DNA of 46,626 nt from Myxococcales bacterium (GTDB lineage: Bacteria; Myxococcota_A; UBA9042; JABWCM01; BTVJ01). Positions 1-9,568 of the stretch are shown here, piece by piece (position 1 is the first letter of the stretch; each line of letters starts with the position of its first letter). The notes under the pieces were generated by a model. It did not search any database. It worked only from the letters and a program-made list of their open reading frames with translations, and had not been told where the DNA came from. A program made the translations under genes and the position numbers. The stretch is from positions 1 to 46,626 of the forward strand of contig BTVJ01000058.1 in the NCBI GenBank assembly GCA_045863395.1. The letters are read 5' to 3'.

Positions 1-3000
1 TCCTCCGGCTCGTCGGGGCACTCGTCCTGGTCGTCGGGGACGCCGTCTCCATCCGCGTCACGGTGCTCCGGCGACCACATGACCCCAGCGAAGACGCGGA
101 AGTCCGGGGTCCCCACACCATGGGCCAGACCGACGCCCGCCCCTCCCGTCACGTACAGGTTGCTCGCGACCGCCCCCTTGAGCCCGAGGCGCGTCTCGAA
201 GGGGGACTCGGCGGCGTTCTCGAACGGCGCGGAGGTCCCCGTGGCGCCCCCGATCTCCCACTGGATGGTCAGCGGGTCGATCACGTTGTAGGAGGCCGCC
301 CCCTCGAAGAACAGCTCGTCTCCGAAGTGCACGTTCCGCACGTCGCTGCCGCCCCGCACCGCGTAGCCCAGGTTCAGCGCCAGCTTCATGCGCCAGAACG
401 TGTAGTCGGCCACCAGGCGGAACACCCCGGTCACCGTGCCAGCGCCCGCGAAGTCGTCGGAGTTGCCCGTGGGGAACGTCACGGTGGGCACCGCTGCCAG
501 GCCGAAGCCGGCGGTCTTGCGCCAGTCCAGGATGCGGAACTTGATGTGCAGCGCCAGGTCTCCCATGGTCGTGCTCGGCAGGTCGAGCCCCTCGAAGCTG
601 CCGAGCATGGCGAAGTTGACCGGGACGTTGAGCGACGGCTGCACGAAGTCGAACAGCGTGATCGACAGGAGGAGGTTGCCGGTCAGCATGTCCCCGACCA
701 CCGAGTCCACCTGCTCCCCGTCCCGGTAGAGCACCAGCGGGTCCTTGGCGTAGTCCAGCAGGAAGCCCACCGAGTAGTCGAGGTGCGTGCCTGTGTCGGA
801 CCCGAAGGCGGTGATGAAGTTGCCCGTCCCGGCCGCCGGCTTGAACCGCTGGGCGTCCAGCGTCTGGGCGTCGGCGCCCGTCGTCGTGAGGGTGATGACG
901 ACCGCCAGGAGCGCGCGGCGCCGGACCGCGATGGCGAGGAACAGCGCGAGGAGTCCCGCCAGCCACGCGCGGCCAGAGTCTCCCGAAGAGTCTCCGCCGG
1001 TCTCGCACCCTCCGCCCCCGTAGAGGTCGCCCGAGTGCTCGTCCACGTAGACCTCCTTGCAGGGCGGCTGGACGGCCTCGCAGGCGTCCCCCTCACCGTC
1101 TCCATCGCAGTCCGCCTGGTCGGGGTTGGCCACGCCCGGGCAGTTGTCCACGTCGTCCGGTACGCCGTCTCCGTCCCCGTCATAGCACCCGGGCTTCGGC
1201 TCCTGACACTCGTCGCCGACCCCGTCCTGATCGCAGTCCGCCTGGCCCTCGTTGGGTGTCCTGGGGCAGTTGTCCGTCCCGTCGGGGACGCCGTCGTTGT
1301 CGGAGTCGGTGTCCAGGAAGTCGGGCAGCCCGTCCCCGTCCGTGTCCTTCGGCGGAGTCTCCAGCGCCGCGTCGCCCGCCTCCTGTGCGTCCGGGAGGCC
1401 ATCGTCGTCCGAGTCCAGATCCAGCAGGTTCCTCGTGCCGTCCCCGTCGGCGTCCGGGACGGACCCGGCCAGGGCGGCGTTGTACGCGATCAGCATCTCG
1501 TCCTTGTCCGAGATGGAGTCTCCGTCTGCGTCCAGGTCGAGGAAGTCGGGCTTGCCGTCCTTGTCCGTGTCGACCGGCGGTGTCGTGAGATCCGAGTCTC
1601 CCGCCTCGTCCTTGTCCGGCGTGCCGTCTCCGTCCGCGTCCGGGTCCAGGTAGTTGGGGACCCCGTCGCCGTCGAAGTCACCCGTCCCTTCGTCACCGTT
1701 GCTGATGGTGTCGTTGTCGTCGTCGCCGTCCGGGTCGATGGAGTCGTCGTCGCAGAAGTCCGCGATCCCGTCTCCGTCCGAGTCCGTCAGAGATTCCTCC
1801 GAGTCCGGGATCCCGTCGTTGTCCGAGTCCGTGTCCAGGTAATTTGGAATGTCGTCGCCGTCGCAGTCTCCGGTGCCCTCGTCCGCGTCGAGGAGGCCAT
1901 CGTCATCCGAATCCGTGTCCAGGTAGTCCGGTGTCTCGTCGTCGTCTGAGTCTACCGGAGGAGTCGCCAGATCGCCGTCGCCCGCCTCTACCGAGTCCGG
2001 GATGCCGTCCCCGTCCGAGTCCTTGTCCTCGTCGTTCGGGATCTTGTCTCCATCCGGGTCGCCCGTGCCCTCGTCCACGTCGCTGATCGTGTCGCCGTCC
2101 GTGTCCTTGTAGCCCACGACCACCGGATCGCTCTCGGGGCTGGCGGTCTTCCCCGGTGCTTGCGCCGTCGCCCGCACCACCTGGCCCACCGCCAGCGGGG
2201 CCACCGTCACGCTCCACGCCCCGTTGGCCGCCGTCCCCGTCCCGGCAAGCGCGCCGTCCACGCGCACCGTGATCGCCGTCTGGTTCGCCTCCGTCGTCGT
2301 CCCCGTCACCACGGTGTCCAACTGCAGGAGCGGCGCGAGGATCACGGGCTTCGCCGACACGAGCGGAGCCGAGACGACCACCTCGAAGCTCGGCAGGCTC
2401 TCCGCCTCGCCCGGCGCCTGGGCGGTCGCCGTGACCACCGTCCCTTGCACGAGCGCGGGCAGCGTGGCGGTGAAGGTGCCCGCGACGACGGTGGCCTGCC
2501 CGGTGGCGAGGCCGCCGACGCGCACGCGGATCACCGTGTTGTCGGCCTCGGTGCTCGTGCCAGAGACCACCGTGCCGCCAGCATACAGCGGGGCAGTCAC
2601 GGTGGGGGGATCCGAGCGGAACAGCACGACGACCGGGGCCGACGCAGGGCCCTCCTGCTTGCCCGGTGCCTGCGCCGTCGCCGTCACCACCTGCCCGCCG
2701 GCCAGAGCAGGCACGGCGACGGTCCAAGTCGCCGGTGTCAGCGCGGCTTCGCCGGCCTTGATGCCGTCCACGAAGACCCGAATCACCGTCCCGGGCGCTT
2801 CCGCGCTGGTCCCGGCGACGACTGTGTCACCCTCCACCAGCACGCTCGTGATCGTGGGGGCGTTGGAGGTGGTCTGGAGTTGCACGACCACGGGCTGGCT
2901 CGGGTCGCTCTTCGCCTTTCCAGGCGCCAGCGCCGTCGCCGTGATGGTGTCGCCGGGGAGCAGGCCGCCCACGGCAAGCGTGAACGCCTTGTTGGACACA

Positions 3001-5795
3001 CTCGTCGTGCCGAGGGTCACGCCGTCTCGCAGCACGTCGACCACGGTCCCGTCCACCGTCTCGTCCACCGTGCCGCCGATGAGCGCCGACGTGTCCCAGA
3101 TGGGCGTGTTGAGCACGGGCGTCGTCGTCTTGACGAGGACCGTCGCCGTTGCCGGTGCGCTGACCTTCTTGCCCTCGGCCTTTGCCGTGACCGCGACCTT
3201 CGCCCCGCCGGCGAGGGGCACCACCGCTGCCTTCCACGTCCCGTCCGCGCCCGAGGCGACCGTCGCGACGGGCACCCCGTCCACCGCGACCGTCACGGGC
3301 GTCCCCGCCGCCTCGGCGACGGTGCCCTCCACCTGCACCGCTCCCTGCACCAAGGGCGTCACCAGCGTGGGCGTCGCCGTGACGGGCCGGAACTGGACCG
3401 TCACCTCCGGGGAGGCGAAGCTGGTCGCCTTGCCGTCCGCCTTGGCGCGCGCGAAGAGGACGTCGCCGGCCGCCATGCCCGCGGGGCTCTCGATGCCGAA
3501 GGCGCCGCCGCTCGCGAGGGCCACGCCGAGCTGCTCTCCGTTCCGGTAGACGAACACGGGCGTGTCGTCGAGCTCCGCCACGGTTCCCACGATCAGCGGG
3601 TCGTCGTCCCACACGGGCGTCGTGATGGCCGGCGTCTTGGTGCGCGCGAGCACCACGACGGGGATGGAGTCCACGCTGGTCTGCTTGCCGGCCGCCTTGG
3701 CCCGCGCCGTGACTACCTGACCCGCGGTGAGGCCGCCAGGGACCGTGATCGCCCAGGCGTCGCCGAGCACGATGTCCGTGTCGACGATCACGCCGTCGAC
3801 GAGCAAGGTCAATGCGACGGGCGCCGCCCCCACTGTGCCGCTGACCAGCGTGTCTCCCTCGACCAGGGGCGCGGCGATCACCGGGGCAGGCGTCAGGTCG
3901 CTCTCGACCACGACCACCGGCGCAGACTCAGGGCTCTGTGCCTTGCCTGCTGCCTTTGCCGTGGCCACCAGCACGTCCCCGGTCGTGAGCGCCCCGGCGA
4001 CAACGGACCAGTTCTTCGACTTGGCTGTCCCGGCCCCAACCACCTCGCCGTTGCGCAGCAGGGTCACGAGGGCGCCGTCGTCCTCGTCCAGGGTGCCGCT
4101 CACCACTGTGTCCACCGACGTGACCGGCGCCGTGATCACCGGGGCCTTCGTCGGCGCCTGGACGACCACGGCGGCGCTCAGCTCGCTCTTCGCCTTTCCG
4201 GGCGCCGTCGCCGTCGCCCGCACCTGCTGCCCGGCCACCAGGGCGGCGACGAGGTCCACGCACCACTGGCCCCCGGCGGCGATGGTCGCCCCCGCCGGCA
4301 GCCCGGCGACCTGCAGCTCGACGCCGGTCCCGTCGGCCTCGACCGTCTCACCGCACACTTCCAGTGCGCCCGCGAGGAGCGGGCCCGCGATCACGGGCGG
4401 CAGGGTCTTGTCCTTCTGCACGACGGCCACGGTGGGGGACGGGAAGCTCACCGCCTTGCCGGGCGCCTGGGCCGTGGCGAAGAGCAGGTCGCCCGGGTCG
4501 AGGGCCCCCGTCGAGATGGTGAAGGTCCCCCCGCCGGAGACGCCCGTCGCCGCCACCGCCCCGTTGCGATACAGCGTGACCTTCGCCCCATCGGGCTCGC
4601 CGACGAGAGCGCCGGAGACGCTCGTCGCCGTGTCGTAGACCGGCGCCGTGAGCGATGGCGCGGTCGTCCGCACCTGCACGGTGAGCGGTCCGGCCATCGG
4701 GCTCGCCTCGTAGTAGGGGTAGGTGGCACGTGCCGTCACCGCCTGGCCTACGGAGAGGGTCGCCGCGACACCCCAGAGGCCATTGCTGATGGCGCTCGTC
4801 CCCAGCGCGGCCCCGTCGAGCTGGACCTGGACCTGAGCGGCCGAGCACGGCACGCCGCACAGGGTCAGCGGCTCGGTCACGGGTCCGAGCGCGATGCGGA
4901 CGGGCCCCTGCGGCGACCCGTGGATCAAGTCCAGCCCCGAGAGCCCCTCGACGACGCTCGGCGCGATGGTGACGCACAGGTTGTCGCCTACCCCGGTGAT
5001 CGCTGCCCCGGCAGTGCAGCAGGAGTCCCACACCCAGGAGAAGGACCCCGTCGCCAGGTTGTAGCTCGACGTGGCGTCCTGGGGGTCGTCCGCCACGGCG
5101 AGGGTAGCCGTCGGCGGCAGCCCCGCGACGCTCAGGCTCACGCTGCCCCCCGACCCATCGTCGGGCGCGTCCAGCAGGATGACCAGCGCCAGCGCGCCGG
5201 TCCCGTCCCGGTGCAGCAGCAGGGCCCCCCGGTCGGCGACCTCCAGCCCTGTCGAGGCGCTCGCCTGGCTCACCTGGTCCCACGCGTAGAAGGCGTCGAC
5301 CGGGTCTTGCCCAGTGACCGGGAACACGTCGAAGCCCTTGCCGCCCTGGCTGACGGTGAACGCAGTCATGTCGCAGGCATAGGTCCCCTGGACCTGCACG
5401 TCCGTGGCAAGGACGGGCTCCTGGATCGCCGGCGCAGGCAGCGCCTCGAGTACCGTCCCGACGTTGGATCGCGCCGGCGTCGGGTCGCCAGGCTCCGTCG
5501 CGACCGCCCACACCACGTCGCGCCCCACCAGCGGCGCGACCGTCAGAGACCACGCTCCGGCCGCGATGGTGGGGCTGGCCGGCACCTCGATCCCGTTGAC
5601 GACGACCGTGATCTGTGTCCCCGGCGGCGCGCCCGGCGCCAGCTCTCCGCTGACCGTCGTCGCTCCGGCGCCCAGTGGCGTCGTGAGGCTGGGTGGAGCC
5701 GCGGCCGAGGCGGGGAGCGCCAGCAGCGCGACCAAGGTGAAGGCGAGCGCCAGGCGTGTGCGGCGCTTCCGGCTGTATGTGATCAAGTGCTTCAT
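1..5795 (-). CDS. Giant surface protein (AgmC/TraB-like, >1930 aa, C-terminus off window): signal peptide, about a dozen Ig-like repeats, TSP3-like Ca-binding repeats, internal MYXO-CTERM-like segment, outer-membrane beta-barrel, more TSP3 repeats (OmpA domain probably beyond the edge)
   Basis: Translated by hand; absent from the ORF track because it has no stop in the window. ATG at 5795 gives MKHLITYSRKRRTRLALAFTLVALLALPASAAAPP. ~90-aa repeats ending in ATAxAPGKxxSxxSxPVVV span ~2120-5700. DxDxDGxPD / DNCP repeats span ~1080-2110. These are followed by GGGGC..AWLAGLLALFLAIAVRRR, then LDAQRFKPAAG..GVGTPDFRVFAGVMWSP (barrel-like) and DADGDGVPDDQDECPDEPE at the edge. Confidence 0.85.
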   Translation of the reverse strand, partial: MKHLITYSRKRRTRLALAFTLVALLALPASAAAPPSLTTPLGAGATTVSGELAPGAPPGTQITVVVNGIEVPASPTIAAGAWSLTVAPLVGRDVVWAVATEPGDPTPARSNVGTVLEALPAPAIQEPVLATDVQVQGTYACDMTAFTVSQGGKGFDVFPVTGQDPVDAFYAWDQVSQASASTGLEVADRGALLLHRDGTGALALVILLDAPDDGSGGSVSLSVAGLPPTATLAVADDPQDATSSYNLATGSFSWVWDSCCTAGAAITGVGDNLCVTIAPSVVEGLSGLDLIHGSPQGPVRIALGPVTEPLTLCGVPCSAAQVQVQLDGAALGTSAISNGLWGVAATLSVGQAVTARATYPYYEASPMAGPLTVQVRTTAPSLTAPVYDTATSVSGALVGEPDGAKVTLYRNGAVAATGVSGGGTFTISTGALDPGDLLFATAQAPGKAVSFPSPTVAVVQKDKTLPPVIAGPLLAGALEVCGETVEADGTGVELQVAGLPAGATIAAGGQWCVDLVAALVAGQQVRATATAPGKAKSELSAAVVVQAPTKAPVITAPVTSVDTVVSGTLDEDDGALVTLLRNGEVVGAGTAKSKNWSVVAGALTTGDVLVATAKAAGKAQSPESAPVVVVESDLTPAPVIAAPLVEGDTLVSGTVGAAPVALTLLVDGVIVDTDIVLGDAWAITVPGGLTAGQVVTARAKAAGKQTSVDSIPVVVLARTKTPAITTPVWDDDPLIVGTVAELDDTPVFVYRNGEQLGVALASGGAFGIESPAGMAAGDVLFARAKADGKATSFASPEVTVQFRPVTATPTLVTPLVQGAVQVEGTVAEAAGTPVTVAVDGVPVATVASGADGTWKAAVVPLAGGAKVAVTAKAEGKKVSAPATATVLVKTTTPVLNTPIWDTSALIGGTVDETVDGTVVDVLRDGVTLGTTSVSNKAFTLAVGGLLPGDTITATALAPGKAKSDPSQPVVVQLQTTSNAPTITSVLVEGDTVVAGTSAEAPGTVIRVFVDGIKAGEAALTPATWTVAVPALAGGQVVTATAQAPGKQEGPASAPVVVLFRSDPPTVTAPLYAGGTVVSGTSTEADNTVIRVRVGGLATGQATVVAGTFTATLPALVQGTVVTATAQAPGEAESLPSFEVVVSAPLVSAKPVILAPLLQLDTVVTGTTTEANQTAITVRVDGALAGTGTAANGAWSVTVAPLAVGQVVRATAQAPGKTASPESDPVVVGYKDTDGDTISDVDEGTGDPDGDKIPNDEDKDSDGDGIPDSVEAGDGDLATPPVDSDDDETPDYLDTDSDDDGLLDADEGTGDCDGDDIPNYLDTDSDNDGIPDSEESLTDSDGDGIADFCDDDSIDPDGDDDNDTISNGDEGTGDFDGDGVPNYLDPDADGDGTPDKDEAGDSDLTTPPVDTDKDGKPDFLDLDADGDSISDKDEMLIAYNAALAGSVPDADGDGTRNLLDLDSDDDGLPDAQEAGDAALETPPKDTDGDGLPDFLDTDSDNDGVPDGTDNCPRTPNEGQADCDQDGVGDECQEPKPGCYDGDGDGVPDDVDNCPGVANPDQADCDGDGEGDACEAVQPPCKEVYVDEHSGDLYGGGGCETGGDSSGDSGRAWLAGLLALFLAIAVRRRALLAVVITLTTTGADAQTLDAQRFKPAAGTGNFITAFGSDTGTHLDYSVGFLLDYAKDPLVLYRDGEQVDSVVGDMLTGNLLLSITLFDFVQPSLNVPVNFAMLGSFEGLDLPSTTMGDLALHIKFRILDWRKTAGFGLAAVPTVTFPTGNSDDFAGAGTVTGVFRLVADYTFWRMKLALNLGYAVRGGSDVRNVHFGDELFFEGAASYNVIDPLTIQWEIGGATGTSAPFENAAESPFETRLGLKGAVASNLYVTGGAGVGLAHGVGTPDFRVFAGVMWSPEHRDADGDGVPDDQDECPDEPE

Positions 5796-5910
5796 GATGG
5801 CAGCCCCACGGCGTCGGGATGGACCGGTCCGGTGGCGCCGAGTATAGATGCAGCGGGCATGTGCGCCAGTTTTCGCCCCGCCCCCGGGGCCGTTGGCGCA
5901 GGGAGGACAG

Positions 5911-6819
5911 ATGGGCGATCAGACGCGGGGCGCTCCAGACCTTCAGGGCGTTCAGGTCGTTCAGGGCGTTTTGATCATTGGCTGCGGGTTCTCGGGCCTC
6001 GCCATCGCGCGGCTCCTGCGGTCTCGCGGGATACCTGCCCTTGGCACCACCCGGTCTCGGGCGCGCGCCGGCGAGATCCTCGCCGCCGGCGCCGAGCCCG
6101 TGGTCTGGACCGCTGGGGAGCCGCTGCCGGCGACCCTCGCCGGGCGCTTCGACGCCGTGGTGGACACGGCGGGCCCGGCGTGGCGCACCGGCGAGGACCC
6201 GACCGAGGCCATCCTCCGCTCCGTGGAAGGGCACCCGCTGCGCCGCTTCGTCTACCTGAGCAGCACCGCGGTCTACGGGGATCAGGGCGGCGGCGTCGTC
6301 GACGAGGACACGCCGTGCGTCCCCGCGAGCCCAGCCGGCGAACGCCGCCTGGCCGTTGAGCGCATGCTCCTGCGACGAGCCGACCTTCCGGTCACCATCC
6401 TGCGCCTCCCGGCCATCTATGGCCCGGGCAGGGAGGGCCTGGTGGGCCGCATCCTGCGGGGGACGCACGCGATCATCGGGACCGACGGTGGCTACGGTAA
6501 CCGGATCCGCGTGGAGGACCTGGCGACTGCGTGTCTCGCGGCCATCGAGCGCGCGACGAGCTCCGTGTACGTGGTCGCGGACGACGAGGCCGCGACCCGA
6601 GGCGAGGTCGCCGACGGGCTCGCGGAGCTGCTTGGAGCGCCCCGCCCGCCCCGCGTCACCCGCGAGGAGGCCCTCCGCTCCATGGACCCGAGCGTCGTCG
6701 CCATGTTCAGCGACAGCAAGCGCCTGTGCAACGCGCGCATGAAGCGCGAGCTGGGCGTCACCCTCCGCTACCCGACGTGGCGCGAGGGCTTTGCCGACCT
6801 GGTCGCACGTCGCGATTGA
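5911..6819 (+). CDS. NAD-dependent epimerase/dehydratase, atypical SDR (YeeZ-like)
   Basis: Motifs LIIGCGFSG (Rossmann), YLSSTAVYGD, LRLPAIYGPGR, RIRVEDLA, KRLCNARMKRELGVTLRYPT. GGAGG lies upstream of ATG 5911. Confidence 0.85.
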   Translation: MGDQTRGAPDLQGVQVVQGVLIIGCGFSGLAIARLLRSRGIPALGTTRSRARAGEILAAGAEPVVWTAGEPLPATLAGRFDAVVDTAGPAWRTGEDPTEAILRSVEGHPLRRFVYLSSTAVYGDQGGGVVDEDTPCVPASPAGERRLAVERMLLRRADLPVTILRLPAIYGPGREGLVGRILRGTHAIIGTDGGYGNRIRVEDLATACLAAIERATSSVYVVADDEAATRGEVADGLAELLGAPRPPRVTREEALRSMDPSVVAMFSDSKRLCNARMKRELGVTLRYPTWREGFADLVARRD

Positions 6820-6844
6820 ACGGGTTGCGCGCGCGGCGTATCAT
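6816..6844 (+). promoter_or_regulatory. Putative sigma70 promoter of the 6883 lipoprotein gene
   Basis: TTGAAC-N17-TATCAT; GGAGG at 6871 precedes GTG 6883. Confidence 0.55.
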
Positions 6845-6882
6845 GGGTCGTTACTCGCGCATGCGCCCCTGGAGGTTCCCTC

Positions 6883-8697
6883 GTGAGACGTCTGAGCAGC
6901 GCGCCCCGCGTCCTGGCCCTCGGCCTGCTGCTCGCCGCCTGCGGTGACTTCTCCAACAAGCAGCTCGACACACTCTTCGCGCCAGGAGCGCCGCCCACGA
7001 CCGGGGCGCCCGGCTCCGCCGACGGCGCCGCGTCGGCAGACCAGCCGCTGCTCACGTTGCCCCTGGCGCCGGTGCCCTCGCAGCTCATCGCCCGGTACCA
7101 GACCCCCTTTGCGCTCCAGCTCTCGGTGCCGGGAGCGCAGGACGTCTGCTGGGAGATCGGGGATGGGGAGCTTCCGGCGGGGCTGACGCTGGATGTGACC
7201 GCGGGCCTGGTGTTCGGCAAGGCAGCGGCGCCCGGTGGGCAGCAGAGCCAGGCGACCGTGCGCGCCTTCTCGCCGTGCTCCGGGGAGCGTGTGGCCGAGG
7301 GCGCGGCGACCCTGACCTTCATCGCGCCCGGGGTGTGTACCGGCGGCGGCGCCTGCGCCGCGGACGAGGTCTGTGCGCCGGACGGGGCGTGCCGCGTGGA
7401 CCTGGGCGCCCAGTGTCCGTCGCTGGTCGGTCCCGGGCTCGTCGCCGAGCTGACCGGCGCAGGGCCGGGCCTCCACTCCTTCGAGCGGGTGACCGTCGTC
7501 GCACATGGCTTCTCGTCGGACCCCGCCGCTCCGCAGAGGGTCCTGAGGCTGCGCTCCGGCGACCAGGAGCGGACGCTGCTCTACGAGCTCCCCGGTGGGC
7601 TCGAGCTCCCCGTCGCGGACGGCGACGTCATCGACCTGCGCCTGCAGGTCGGGCCTGGCGACGGCCGCTACCTGCTCGTCCGGACCCAGCAGGGGGACCA
7701 GTCCTTCCAGCTCGCGGCGCACGCAGGGTCCATCGACGGAGCCCACCTGTGGGCGAGCATCTGCGCTGGCCTCAAGCACTGTCCGTTCCTGCTGGGGACC
7801 GACGTGGCGCTGACGGCGGGCTGCAAGGGCCCGTCGGCGTGCAGCGGCACCCCGTTCGGGCTGCGGGTCAAGTCCGCGTCCAAGGTCGTGCTCGCGGGGG
7901 AGCAGGCGTCCTGGCTGCTCTCCAACGACGGGATGCCCCTGTACGTCGCCCTGCTGGCGGACGCATCGACCTACGACGGCTGCGGCGACGCGGGCGCCGA
8001 TGTGCTCACGTACCTGCTCCTCGAGGGGAGCCGACCGCACCCGGTCCTGGAGTTCGTGGACCCGGACGTGGTCCTCGGGGCCGTCCCGCGCCGCGTCGTC
8101 CTCTCCGGCGCCCGGAGCATGCCTGCCGCGCCCACCGGCACCATCGACAAGTGGCTGTGGAGCGTGGCGACTCCGTCGGGCTCCCCGGTCACCACAGTGG
8201 GCGACGGGCCCACCTTGGAGCTCCCGCTCTACCTGGTGGGCGACGTGGACGTGCGCCTCGCCGTCCAAGAGGGCAAGCCGCCCCAGACCTCACCCCACGA
8301 GGCTGGCACCCGCCTGCGGGTCCGGCCCGGCAGTGGCCTGCACGCCGAGCTGGTGTGGGACGATCCGGCGGTGGACCTGGACCTCGTCGTGCGACCTTCC
8401 GCGGCGGCCGAGTCGCTGTCCGAGCGTGCCCGGCCTTCGTGGGCTGCCAAGGGGGCGCTGGTGGTCTCCGAGCCGGAGGGCGCCCCCCTGGAGGTGGTGC
8501 GGGTCGCGGCCGATGTCCTGGGCCCGGGGCCCGTCCACTTCTCGGTCATGGCGCACCCGACCCGCGCGCTGCCATCCGCCCGCCTCCGCGTCTGGCTCAA
8601 CGGAGAGGCCGTCGTGGACCTGCCGGAGGTCCCGCTCGGGTCCGCAGAGTCCCTTGGCGAGCCTCCGACCTCCGTCGCCGTCGTGACGCTGCCCTGA
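6883..8697 (+). CDS. Putative lipoprotein with Ig-like (putative Ig / PKD-like) and Cys-rich segments
   Basis: Lipobox LLLAAC; GELPAGLTLD motif of putative Ig domains; CTGGGACAADEVCAPDGAC; PKD-like VVLSGARS..WLWSV. Confidence 0.65.
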   Translation: MRRLSSAPRVLALGLLLAACGDFSNKQLDTLFAPGAPPTTGAPGSADGAASADQPLLTLPLAPVPSQLIARYQTPFALQLSVPGAQDVCWEIGDGELPAGLTLDVTAGLVFGKAAAPGGQQSQATVRAFSPCSGERVAEGAATLTFIAPGVCTGGGACAADEVCAPDGACRVDLGAQCPSLVGPGLVAELTGAGPGLHSFERVTVVAHGFSSDPAAPQRVLRLRSGDQERTLLYELPGGLELPVADGDVIDLRLQVGPGDGRYLLVRTQQGDQSFQLAAHAGSIDGAHLWASICAGLKHCPFLLGTDVALTAGCKGPSACSGTPFGLRVKSASKVVLAGEQASWLLSNDGMPLYVALLADASTYDGCGDAGADVLTYLLLEGSRPHPVLEFVDPDVVLGAVPRRVVLSGARSMPAAPTGTIDKWLWSVATPSGSPVTTVGDGPTLELPLYLVGDVDVRLAVQEGKPPQTSPHEAGTRLRVRPGSGLHAELVWDDPAVDLDLVVRPSAAAESLSERARPSWAAKGALVVSEPEGAPLEVVRVAADVLGPGPVHFSVMAHPTRALPSARLRVWLNGEAVVDLPEVPLGSAESLGEPPTSVAVVTLP

Positions 8698-8715
8698 CGC
8701 AGCGGGAGGCGTGGG

Positions 8716-9537
8716 TCAGGCGTCTCCCTCCTCCAGCAGGCGGTCCAGCTCCGCTCGAATCAAGGCCTCGGCGCGCTCGCCGACCAGGTGACGCACGGCC
8801 GCCGCGATGCGGTCGTCGATGCGCGCAGATGCCTGCTCGCTGAGTCGCGCCGCGCCCAGCTCGGTGACTTGGGCGCTCAGCTCGGCGATGCGGGCGTCCA
8901 GCTCGGCGAGGCGCCTGTCCGCCTCGGCCGCGCGGGAGTCCAGTGCGGCGAGGCGGGCCTCGGTGACCTCACGGTCGCTCTCCCCGATGGTCACCCTGTG
9001 GCTGTCGGCCGCCAGCCCCAGCTCCGCCAGCCTCGCCTCCACGACCCTGCCAGCGGTCGTCGCCGCCAGCTCCACCACCAGCCGCTCGACGGAGGCCCGT
9101 TGGTGCTCGTCCTGAACGTTCGCCGGTTGCTCCGCCGCGTTCTCGGCGATGCGGGTGGCCCGAGGCGCTGCTGGGGGGGCGGAGGACGGCCCGACGACGC
9201 GCCGGACCAGCGCGAGGAAGGTCGCCCGGTCCAGCGGCTTGGCCAGCGTCGCGATGGCGCCTGCCGCGGCGCCTGCCGCGGGATCCGCCTTCGCCTGGGG
9301 CGGAGTCAGCACCGCGACCGGGACGCGGCCGCGGAGCTGCCGGGCCAGCTCCACTCCGCCTCCTCCGGGCAGGAGCAGGTCCGCGAGCACCAGGGAGGCG
9401 CCCCTCGCGAGGGCCGCCTGCGCTGCGTCCGGGACAGTCGACGAGAACGAGAGGTCCACCTGCTCGCCCGCGAGCAGGAGACGAACGAGGGTCTGGGTGG
9501 CAGGGCTCGCATCCGCGAGGAGAACGTGGCGTCCCAT
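8716..9537 (-). CDS. Response regulator receiver domain protein with C-terminal coiled coil
   Basis: HVLLADAS, LVLADLLLPGGGGVELARQL (phosphoacceptor D), VLT, LAKPLD, then a heptad-rich tail. Start is 9537 or 9564; the longer ORF-track start overlaps rnpB. Confidence 0.75.
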   Translation of the reverse strand: MGRHVLLADASPATQTLVRLLLAGEQVDLSFSSTVPDAAQAALARGASLVLADLLLPGGGGVELARQLRGRVPVAVLTPPQAKADPAAGAAAGAIATLAKPLDRATFLALVRRVVGPSSAPPAAPRATRIAENAAEQPANVQDEHQRASVERLVVELAATTAGRVVEARLAELGLAADSHRVTIGESDREVTEARLAALDSRAAEADRRLAELDARIAELSAQVTELGAARLSEQASARIDDRIAAAVRHLVGERAEALIRAELDRLLEEGDA

Positions 9538-9568
9538 GCAGTCTCGCGTGGCTGGCTGGCTCATACCG

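Noticed and set aside
5942..5970. 9-nt repeat x3 (ttcagggcg/ttcaggtcg) at the start of the SDR gene
   Set aside because: Short, in frame and imperfect; no evidence for phase variation or regulation.
63..6359. Long plus-strand ORFs (628 aa, 1399 aa, 441 aa) over the giant minus-strand gene
   Set aside because: Antisense shadows of a GC-rich gene: Arg/Gly/His-rich, no motifs. The minus-strand frame has a clear domain structure.
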